Part shown: in pieces, positions 36,617-44,404 of the stretch
Layout of the letters: each line of letters opens with the position of its first letter
Position numbering within the stretch: position 1 is the stretch's first letter
DNA from: Minisyncoccota bacterium
GTDB taxonomy: Bacteria; Patescibacteriota; Minisyncoccia; Phycocordibacterales; SBAW01
Assembly (NCBI GenBank): GCA_035546575.1
Contig: DASZWN010000003.1
Coordinates: 1,530-65,529 of the forward strand
Direction: 5' to 3'
DNA length: 64,000 bases
Program-made: the position numbers and the translations under genes
The notes under the pieces: model-generated
Databases searched by the model: none
The model's input: the letters and a program-made list of their open reading frames with translations, nothing else
What the model was told of the DNA's origin: nothing

Positions 36617-38209
36617 GTGCTATCATCGAAAAGCGCATACTTTTATATGCTGAATACTATAAAGACTCACTGGCTTTCTTTTTTGCTTATAGCGCTCGCT
36701 CTGCTGGCGCAGGTTTTTTTGATCACACGGTCGTTCTCGTTTTTGCTCACCAACGTTCTGCCCGACGACGCTTTTTATTACTTTCAGATCGCACACAATA
36801 TTGCGCTCGGGCTGGGCTCTACATTTGATGGCGTCAACGCAACGAACGGGTACCACCCCCTGTGGATGGTGATATTGGTAGGCATATATAAAGTATGGGG
36901 GAGCGGAGCAGTGGGAGATATGCTGCCGATACATATTGCACTCGGTATATCCATAGCGCTCAATGCGCTCACGGGTCTTATAGTCTGGCGCATACTCACA
37001 CGTTTTTCGAGCAATCAGTGGCTCGTCGCTGCGGGCGTGTTTGTCTGGTCGCTCAATCCGTTTATGCTCTTTGAGACTATCAACGGTCTCGAGACCTCCC
37101 TCTCGCTGTTTTTCTTTGCAGCCTTCTTTTTACTGGCAGTGCGCCTCCAAGAGGGCCGTGTACCGCAGAATATTGTTAGCGCTCTTGTGCTCGGCACAGT
37201 AGGAGGATTATTGGTGCTTGCGCGGCTAGACCTGGCGATTTATTTTGCCGCGTGGTGGGTGTGGTTTGTGCTGCGAGACTGGAAGAGCAACTGGGTATTT
37301 GCGGTACAGACCGGAGTTGTGGCGGCCCTTGTCGCATCGCCCTGGTTCCTATGGAATTATTCGCACTTCCATATGCTCTTTACCTCTGCCTCGCGCGCAA
37401 CCGACCTCGTAAACCACACGCTTATCTATCAAGACAACGGCACTAGTATCGTGCAAACAATCAAAGCGGTGTTCTATAGTTTGTATAATGGTGGCGAGCT
37501 TATTCTTGGTCGCACGGGAGCACCAGTGCTCGCTCTTATACTCTTGGGGCTGGGTGTTGCATACGCAGCCGGCAAGCGATTGCGCCTGCCGCGCCTAAAA
37601 GAGTTGAGTGTTGAGTACGCATTGCTGGTCGGTTTTATAGTTTTGTTTTTAGCAAACGTTGCAGTGCGGTGGGGAGGCAGACCTTGGTACTTTATGTCGC
37701 TTGAGCTGTTTATTGCGATCGGTGCCGTATTAGGATTGCAGGAATTCTTTCGCGATATATCGTATAAGCGCATGTATGCGGTTGGACTGATCGGATTAAC
37801 TCTATTTTTCTTTGCGGTTTCTTGGAGCAAAGAACTGCGCGGACAATATAGTAACCAAACCGAGATGTACGTCATGGCGCAATGGATGAATGAACATTTG
37901 CACAAAGACACAGTTGTAGGCGCGTTTAATGCGGGTGTAGAAGGATACTTTTCAAACGCGAAGGTAGTAAACCTCGACGGACTGGTCAATTACAATGCAT
38001 ACGAAGCAATGCGTATACATAAGCTGTATTCCTATATTCGCGACTCAAAGATCGCCTATATTAGCGACTGGCCGATATCGCTCAACTATCGCTACAAAAG
38101 CTTCTTAGATAATTTTGACGCGCAGATGGCATTGAGTGTTGTGCATGCCGAAGGCTCAGATATTAACGGGCGCTTTGCTGGAGGCCTCACGCTCTACAAG
38201 CTCAAATAA
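36617..38209 (+). CDS. Polytopic membrane protein, putative GT-C glycosyltransferase (DDAFYY motif)
   Basis: PDDAFYYFQIAHNIALG after TM1; about 12 TM helices; C-terminal soluble domain. The ATG at 36647 (preceded by CATACT) is an alternative start. Confidence 0.5.
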   Translation: MLSSKSAYFYMLNTIKTHWLSFLLIALALLAQVFLITRSFSFLLTNVLPDDAFYYFQIAHNIALGLGSTFDGVNATNGYHPLWMVILVGIYKVWGSGAVGDMLPIHIALGISIALNALTGLIVWRILTRFSSNQWLVAAGVFVWSLNPFMLFETINGLETSLSLFFFAAFFLLAVRLQEGRVPQNIVSALVLGTVGGLLVLARLDLAIYFAAWWVWFVLRDWKSNWVFAVQTGVVAALVASPWFLWNYSHFHMLFTSASRATDLVNHTLIYQDNGTSIVQTIKAVFYSLYNGGELILGRTGAPVLALILLGLGVAYAAGKRLRLPRLKELSVEYALLVGFIVLFLANVAVRWGGRPWYFMSLELFIAIGAVLGLQEFFRDISYKRMYAVGLIGLTLFFFAVSWSKELRGQYSNQTEMYVMAQWMNEHLHKDTVVGAFNAGVEGYFSNAKVVNLDGLVNYNAYEAMRIHKLYSYIRDSKIAYISDWPISLNYRYKSFLDNFDAQMALSVVHAEGSDINGRFAGGLTLYKLK

Positions 38210-38212
38210 TAT

Positions 38213-39268
38213 ATGACCCGCATCCACGTTGCGTCACAGATTTCCGGAGAGCAGGCGGTATTTCTGGTGCAGTCATGGAGGGGTGCCGGCCCGCAATCGG
38301 GCGATACAACTATCTTTAACAAATCTTTGCCGAGCGATTGGGGATACAGAGGTTTTACGCTTGATGCTTCACCCGAGGAGGCTCATTACATACTTGCACC
38401 GCACCCGGTGCGGCGTATGGACGAGAAGGGCAAAAAGTATGTTGACGAAATGCAGCACTACGCGGCGAAGTACGGCAAGCAGTTACTCATATTTACCGGC
38501 GGCGATTTGCAGCACAATGTGTTTATCGAGGGAGCAATCGTACTCAAGGGCTCGCAGTACCGCTCTATTATGCGCAACAACGAGATACTCGTGCCCCCGT
38601 TTGTAGAAGACTTAGGAAAGGTGGAGGCTCCAAGTGTACGGCATAAAGGCAACAAACCAGTTGTAGCTTTTTGTGGCTATGCAGGGATCGACTCCGGCCT
38701 CGGCTGGGCCAAATTTTTTGTGCGCAATATGCTGCTCGACATAGAGGCGCTTACAACCGGCAACCCGCTGAGGCAGGCCTACAAGCGGGGGATATACTTC
38801 CGCCGCAAAGCAATGCGGGCACTCGAGAAGGATCAACGCATAGAGACGCGCTTTATTGTCCGCAAAACATTCTCCGGTAATAAAAATTTAATCTCGCTTG
38901 ATCCGGCACAGGCGCGCCAGGAGTACTTGGAAAATATGCGCGACTGCGACCTTATGCTCGCCCCTAAAGGCGACGGCAACTTTTCGCTCCGGTTTTTTGA
39001 GGCGCTGAGCATGGGGCGCATACCGCTCCTTATCGACACCGACACGGTGCTCCCGCTTGAGGAGATGGTGGATTACAAAAGGTTTGTGCTAAAGGTGCCT
39101 TATACAGACATTGCGCATCTGCCGGATATTGTTGCCGATTTTTACAGCGTTCTGTCGCAAGAGGAGTTTGCCGCAATGCAGCGTGAAGCTCGGAGAGTTT
39201 TTGCAGAATACTTGCGTATAGATGCCTTCTTTAGTTATCTGTTTGGGACGGTGCTCGCTGCCTCATAA
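38213..39268 (+). CDS. Exostosin-like (GT47-like) family protein
   Basis: LAPKGDGNFSLRFFEALSMGRIPLLID resembles the exostosin C-terminal motif. Confidence 0.4.
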   Translation: MTRIHVASQISGEQAVFLVQSWRGAGPQSGDTTIFNKSLPSDWGYRGFTLDASPEEAHYILAPHPVRRMDEKGKKYVDEMQHYAAKYGKQLLIFTGGDLQHNVFIEGAIVLKGSQYRSIMRNNEILVPPFVEDLGKVEAPSVRHKGNKPVVAFCGYAGIDSGLGWAKFFVRNMLLDIEALTTGNPLRQAYKRGIYFRRKAMRALEKDQRIETRFIVRKTFSGNKNLISLDPAQARQEYLENMRDCDLMLAPKGDGNFSLRFFEALSMGRIPLLIDTDTVLPLEEMVDYKRFVLKVPYTDIAHLPDIVADFYSVLSQEEFAAMQREARRVFAEYLRIDAFFSYLFGTVLAAS

Positions 39269-40508
39269 AAAGCATTACTGCAAAGAGGCTGGTAAGCAGG
39301 GTGGAAAGTGTTTTAGCCCCCACCAAGCCCCATAAGCCAAAGAATAGTATCCCTGCAAACTGGAGCCCCAGCTGCGCCAGGGGCGCGGCGGTGTTGTATA
39401 TATAGAGCTTTCTAGTGTGTTTTTGCGCAATAAGCGCCGAGACCGCGACATTGCCCGCTACACCAAGCATCGTAAATGCATACAACATTGAGTACGCAAC
39501 CGATGTCTCGTATTGCGGAAAGAAGACGCGGAAAAACGGCAGCGCCAAAAGCGCGTAGACGCCTGCACCCAACAGACCTGCCAGAGTTAATTTAACGAGC
39601 TTTGGCCCCAAGCTCGCTCGGATCTCCTCGTCTGATTTTTCCGAGAACTTTGGCATCGCTGTAAGCGGAATGAACTTAAAGAAGTTGGCGAGCCGATCCG
39701 GGATAGCGGTGGCAAACGCGTACAGCGCCAGGTCGACAGCGCCTAAGTAGTGGAAGACAAGAATATTGTCAGCCTGGCCTACCAATGCACCAAACAGGCC
39801 CATTACACTCAGATGCTTTCCATACGTGAGTGCTTCTTCCTCAACGCGGTCGTTTGGTTTGTAGACGTTCAGTGTGCGGCGATACAACACCACCAGCATT
39901 ATCGCGTTGACGCACAGGTTTGCTGCGAGCAATAGCAAGGCCTGTTTAAAAAAGAAGGAAACAAGTATCAGTGCTGCATAAAAAGGAATATTAGTAAGCA
40001 GGTTGTAGAGAAATACGCGATAGAAGTCTTTCTTGCCGATAAGAAAAGATACGTAGGTATTGTACGTATTGATAATCGGAGTCAAGGCGCCGATTATGGC
40101 AAAGCCTCCTGCGAGCAGGTAATTACCTTGGAGTGCGTAGTAAAGCGCGCCAACAAGAGCCCCCACAAGCGGTATGAGCCCCCAGCGGAGTTGTATACCA
40201 ATTGAGGCCTTAAGTATGCCGTCGTAGCCGCGTGCTACCGATTGCGAGACGGCGGAGTTCATGCCCGAGAGCGTGAACGTGCCCGCTATGGCAAAGATCG
40301 AAAGCAGATATTGGTAATTGCCGTACACGTCTTTTGGGAGCAGATGCGCAAAAGCTATATAGAGTACTAGCGAAAATATAGAAATAGTTACGGAAGCCAG
40401 ATTGAGCCACCATCCTCCCGCAGCTAAATAGACCATATCGGTCTTGGTATAGCGCTCGCTCCAGCGTAGGAGCCGATATATATGATCGCGTAGGGCAGCC
40501 ATGGACAC
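39231..40508 (-). CDS. wzx: Polysaccharide flippase (Wzx/MOP superfamily)
   Basis: About 12 TM helices with RfbX/Wzx-like organisation; overlaps the downstream gene's 3' end by 38 nt. Confidence 0.7.
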   Translation of the reverse strand: MSMAALRDHIYRLLRWSERYTKTDMVYLAAGGWWLNLASVTISIFSLVLYIAFAHLLPKDVYGNYQYLLSIFAIAGTFTLSGMNSAVSQSVARGYDGILKASIGIQLRWGLIPLVGALVGALYYALQGNYLLAGGFAIIGALTPIINTYNTYVSFLIGKKDFYRVFLYNLLTNIPFYAALILVSFFFKQALLLLAANLCVNAIMLVVLYRRTLNVYKPNDRVEEEALTYGKHLSVMGLFGALVGQADNILVFHYLGAVDLALYAFATAIPDRLANFFKFIPLTAMPKFSEKSDEEIRASLGPKLVKLTLAGLLGAGVYALLALPFFRVFFPQYETSVAYSMLYAFTMLGVAGNVAVSALIAQKHTRKLYIYNTAAPLAQLGLQFAGILFFGLWGLVGAKTLSTLLTSLFAVMLFMRQRAPSQTDN

Positions 40509-42789
40509 CTTATACTACCAGTATACTCGTGATATAGTGTCTTCTATTATGTCGTATACCAAATATCTCAGGTGGATTCTTATTGTCGGATTGTGCCTGG
40601 TCCCTTTTGTCTCCTTTATCATCGCTTCGGGCACGATTATCCCAAACATGTTCTTTCCGTACATCACGGGCAAGAATTTTGTATTCCGTATCCTAGTCGA
40701 GCTATTACTCTTGGTATATGTGGTGCTTGCGTTGCGCGAGCCGGCGTACCGGCCAAAATCGTCGCCGCTTATGTGGGCAGTGGGCGGGTTTGTGCTGTGG
40801 ATGGGCTTGGCAACGCTGTTTAGCGTTGACCCGGTCAAGAGCTTCTGGAGCAACTTTGAGCGCATGGACGGCTACATCACCGTGCTCCATATGTTTGCCC
40901 TCTTTGTGATTGCGAGCGCGGTGCTTGCAGCAGAAAAGTGGTGGGACCGCTTCTTTAATGTAGTTATAGCCGTTGCCGCTATCCAGGGGCTCGATGCGCT
41001 CGCCCAATTGCTCCATCTATTTGGGTTTGCGCCGTCGTCGCAAAGCGGTGCGCGTATCGACACGACATTCGGCAATGCGATCTATGTTGCCGTGTTTATG
41101 CTCTTTGCGATGTTTATAACCCTCTATATGCTCACGCGCGAGCGCCGCTCCGTGATGATGCAGTCGCTCTACGGCATTGCGCTGGTGCTTGAGGGAATGG
41201 CACTCTTTTACTCGCAGACGCGCGGCGCATTGCTCGGCGTAGTGCTCGGTCTGGTGGTTGCGGGTGTATATGTTGCGGTACGCGCCAACACTCCCGAGTG
41301 GAAGACGCTGCGCATGTGGTCTATGGGGCTTCTGGCCGCACTCGTAGTGTTGGCCGGTACGTTTTATGCAATCCGCGACACCAGCTTTGTCAAAAGCAGC
41401 CCGACGCTTAACCGCATTGCTCTGATCTCGCTTACCGACACTACAACCTTGTCGCGCTTTACGCTTTGGAAGGACATGGCTCTCCCGGGCGCGATGGAAA
41501 AACCCATCTTCGGTTGGGGGCAAGAAAACTTCAGCTTTATCTTCAACAAATATTATGTGCCGAGTATGTACAACCAGGAGCAATGGTTTGATCGCACGCA
41601 CAACGAGTTTATCGACTGGCTGGTGGCAGGCGGTATCCCGGCGTTCCTGCTCTATATCTCGTTTTTTGCGCTCGCCGCATGGGCGATTGTCCGCTCAAGC
41701 CTCAACGCTCCGGAGCAGGGCATATTGCTCGGCCTCTTGGCTGCCTATGGCTTTAGCAACCTAACGGTGTTCCACGACCTGATGAGTTTTGCGTGCTTCT
41801 TCCTAATACTTGCGTTTGTGCATGCGCTCTCTTGGCGGCCGCTCCCGCGTTACATGATCCTGTACAAACCGGTACACGACCACGGTATTGCTATTGTGGC
41901 GCCCATTGCAGCGCTCGTGCTGCTTACGGGTGCATGGTTCTTTAACGCGGGCGGTCTTGCGCGCGCGCAAACACTCCTTAACGCCATACAAGGCAATGAC
42001 CCGGCCACTGGTGCCGTTATTACGCCCGAGCAGCATCTCGCATACTTTAAGCAGTCGCTTAGCTATGGTCCGTTGGGTAAACAAGAAAACGTCGAGCAGC
42101 TCTTCCAGTACGCATCGAGCGCAGTAGCGCCTTCTACCTCGGTTAATCCGGATACTAAGCAAGCTATCTATACCTTTACGCATGTCGCAGGAGATGCGCT
42201 CCTGGCCTCCCGCCCGGGCGATGCGCGCCTCGAGCTCTTTATGAGCGTGTTCTTGCTCCAGTTTGGTCAGTATAACGAAGCCCTTGAGCACCTCAAAAAG
42301 GCCGAGGCAGTTTCGCCAGATAAGCAACAGATCCTCTTCCAGCTTGGCACCACCTACCTGCAGCAAGGCGATACCACCAACGCGCTCGCTGTACTCAAGA
42401 AGGCGTTTGACCTTGACTCTAGCTACGATGATGCCCGGGTGCTCTATGCAGGTGCGCTCTATTTCGCAGGGCAGAAGTCGCAGGCAGATGCGCTCTTGAC
42501 CGAGAAGTTTGGTACGGTGCTTGTCGACAACGACCGCCTGATCCAGATCTATACCAGCATCAAACAATGGGATCGCGTTATCGGTATCTGGCTCGCTCGT
42601 GTAAACGCATCTCCAAAAGACACCAACGTGCTGCTTGGTCTTGCAGGCGCATACTTCCAGTCAGGCGATGGCGCAAAGACAATAGAAATACTGCAGAAGG
42701 TCTCGCAGCTCGACCCGGCACAAGCCGGCCAGATGCAGCAGATCATTACGCAGATCAAAAACGGCACGCTCAAACCTGGACAGCAATAG
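40501..42789 (+). CDS. Wzy_C-family membrane protein (O-antigen ligase/polymerase or O-oligosaccharyltransferase-like) fused to C-terminal TPR repeats
   Basis: Wzy_C signature THNEFIDWLVAGGIPAF; about 12 TM helices; about 250-aa C-terminal TPR-like region. Divergent 8-nt overlap with the wzx start. Confidence 0.7.
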   Translation: MDTLYYQYTRDIVSSIMSYTKYLRWILIVGLCLVPFVSFIIASGTIIPNMFFPYITGKNFVFRILVELLLLVYVVLALREPAYRPKSSPLMWAVGGFVLWMGLATLFSVDPVKSFWSNFERMDGYITVLHMFALFVIASAVLAAEKWWDRFFNVVIAVAAIQGLDALAQLLHLFGFAPSSQSGARIDTTFGNAIYVAVFMLFAMFITLYMLTRERRSVMMQSLYGIALVLEGMALFYSQTRGALLGVVLGLVVAGVYVAVRANTPEWKTLRMWSMGLLAALVVLAGTFYAIRDTSFVKSSPTLNRIALISLTDTTTLSRFTLWKDMALPGAMEKPIFGWGQENFSFIFNKYYVPSMYNQEQWFDRTHNEFIDWLVAGGIPAFLLYISFFALAAWAIVRSSLNAPEQGILLGLLAAYGFSNLTVFHDLMSFACFFLILAFVHALSWRPLPRYMILYKPVHDHGIAIVAPIAALVLLTGAWFFNAGGLARAQTLLNAIQGNDPATGAVITPEQHLAYFKQSLSYGPLGKQENVEQLFQYASSAVAPSTSVNPDTKQAIYTFTHVAGDALLASRPGDARLELFMSVFLLQFGQYNEALEHLKKAEAVSPDKQQILFQLGTTYLQQGDTTNALAVLKKAFDLDSSYDDARVLYAGALYFAGQKSQADALLTEKFGTVLVDNDRLIQIYTSIKQWDRVIGIWLARVNASPKDTNVLLGLAGAYFQSGDGAKTIEILQKVSQLDPAQAGQMQQIITQIKNGTLKPGQQ

Positions 42790-42983
42790 GGGAGGCGGTA
42801 TACTTGATGTGTGTGAGTGCTGGATATGCCAGCTGCCAGAAACATTGTTACGAGAGTCCCCAGACAATGGGGGCTTTTCGTTTCTGTTATACTCAAAGAG
42901 TGCGCATCGAGTGGGGAGCGACTGCACTCACATCATGACAATGTTTTGGAGCTCGCATCCGCTTCCCACTGGGTGCACACAAA

Positions 42984-43988
42984 GTGATGAATATACAGGA
43001 ACATGCTGCCTTAGCCCCTTTAACCACTTTTGGTATAGGAGGACCGGCAGCATATCTTGTACGTGCTGGTACGACAGAAGAAATCGCAGAAGCGCTTCAA
43101 TTTGCACAAGAGCATAGACTTAAAGTTTTTATACTCGGCGGCGGCTCCAACACGCTCTTTCCAGACAACGGCTTTGACGGACTGGTTATAAAAATAGAGA
43201 ACACAGGCATCACCCAGGAGGGAGATGTTGTTATTGCGGAAGCGGGCGAGAGTTGGGACAGGGTCGTAGAGTATGCAGTACAGCACGGGTTGTGGGGTAT
43301 CGAAAACTTGTCAGGCATACCGGGCACTGTGGGCGGCGCAGTCGTGCAGAACATCGGCGCCTATGGAGCGGCCCTCTCGCAAACGCTCACATGGGTGGAG
43401 GTATACGACACGCACGCAAAAGAAGTTACACAACTTACAGCGAGTGATTGTGCTTTTGGGTATCGCGACAGCATATTTAAACAAAAAGATGGCAAGTACA
43501 TTGTGTTGCGCGCAGCGCTTAAACTTTCGAGCACTGCTGCTCCCGATCTTTCATACAGGGACCTGAATCAGCGTTTTAAAAATGCTACTCCAGAACTCGC
43601 CGAGATCCGGAGCGCGGTTATAGAGATCCGCAACAACAAATTCCCTGATCTCGCACGCGAGGGTACTGCCGGCTCGTTCTTTAAAAACCCCGTGCTCCCT
43701 CTCGCACAGGCGCAGGCGCTCCGCGAGCAGTACCCGGATATGCCGCTGTTTGATCTGCCAGAATCGTCCGGCGTAAAAGTGCCGCTTGGTTGGATACTTG
43801 ACCATGTGCTTAAGGTCCGCGGATTGCGTATCGGTAGCGCGCGTTTGTTTGAGAAGCAGGCACTCGTGATCGTTGCCGACAATAACCGCTCCTCAAAAGA
43901 TGTGAGAGAACTTGCGCAAGAAATACAAAAAAAAGTATTTGCGACAATTGCTATTGCGATAAAACCAGAAGTAACGATTGTGCAGTGA
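42984..43988 (+). CDS. murB: UDP-N-acetylenolpyruvoylglucosamine reductase
   Basis: FAD-binding N-terminus APLTTFGIGGPAAY...FILGGGSNTLF and a MurB C-terminal domain. Confidence 0.85.
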   Translation: MMNIQEHAALAPLTTFGIGGPAAYLVRAGTTEEIAEALQFAQEHRLKVFILGGGSNTLFPDNGFDGLVIKIENTGITQEGDVVIAEAGESWDRVVEYAVQHGLWGIENLSGIPGTVGGAVVQNIGAYGAALSQTLTWVEVYDTHAKEVTQLTASDCAFGYRDSIFKQKDGKYIVLRAALKLSSTAAPDLSYRDLNQRFKNATPELAEIRSAVIEIRNNKFPDLAREGTAGSFFKNPVLPLAQAQALREQYPDMPLFDLPESSGVKVPLGWILDHVLKVRGLRIGSARLFEKQALVIVADNNRSSKDVRELAQEIQKKVFATIAIAIKPEVTIVQ

Positions 43989-43992
43989 TAAA

Positions 43993-44012
43993 CCTGCCTG
44001 CCGGTAGGCAGG
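43993..44012. repeat. 20-nt palindromic repeat CCTGCCTGCCGGTAGGCAGG, copy 3, immediately after the murB stop
   Basis: Identical to 3628-3647; 6-bp stem with a 4-nt inner loop. Confidence 0.7.
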
Positions 44013-44356
44013 AGTTATCCACACATATTTTTATTTTTTCGTTGTATGTCGCAGTGCAATCATCAATACTAGTGTGTAGGGCATCGAGCATTTGTTTTTG
44101 TGGCGTCCCTCGCGAGCGCACAACTAACAAGGTCGATCGATGCGAAACTTAATTGCGAGTCTATCGCACAAACTTTATGGCCAAGAAAAAGAAGGCAAAG
44201 GCAAAGAAAAAGAAGGCAACCAAGAAGCGCCGATAACCCGCTTCGCGGGATATTGCCGTCGCTTGCTCGGAAATAAAAAGTTTTTATTTCTCTCGCTCGC
44301 TAGGCAATAGTGGGCTTCCGCATTGGCATCTCGCCGATGCGAATCCTCTCGAAAGA

Positions 44357-44392
44357 AAAGCCGTCTTCCTGGGAGACGGCTTTTCTCTTTTT
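44357..44392 (+). terminator. Rho-independent terminator about 15 nt upstream of the secA start
   Basis: AAAGCCGTCT-TCCTGGG-AGACGGCTTT followed by TCTCTTTTT. Confidence 0.6.
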
Positions 44393-44404
44393 GTGGTATA
44401 GTAT

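Noticed and set aside
41017-42567. Minus-strand ORFs (194 aa and 254 aa) inside the Wzy_C-TPR gene
   Set aside because: Antisense to a membrane-protein gene with the Wzy_C motif; no independent support.
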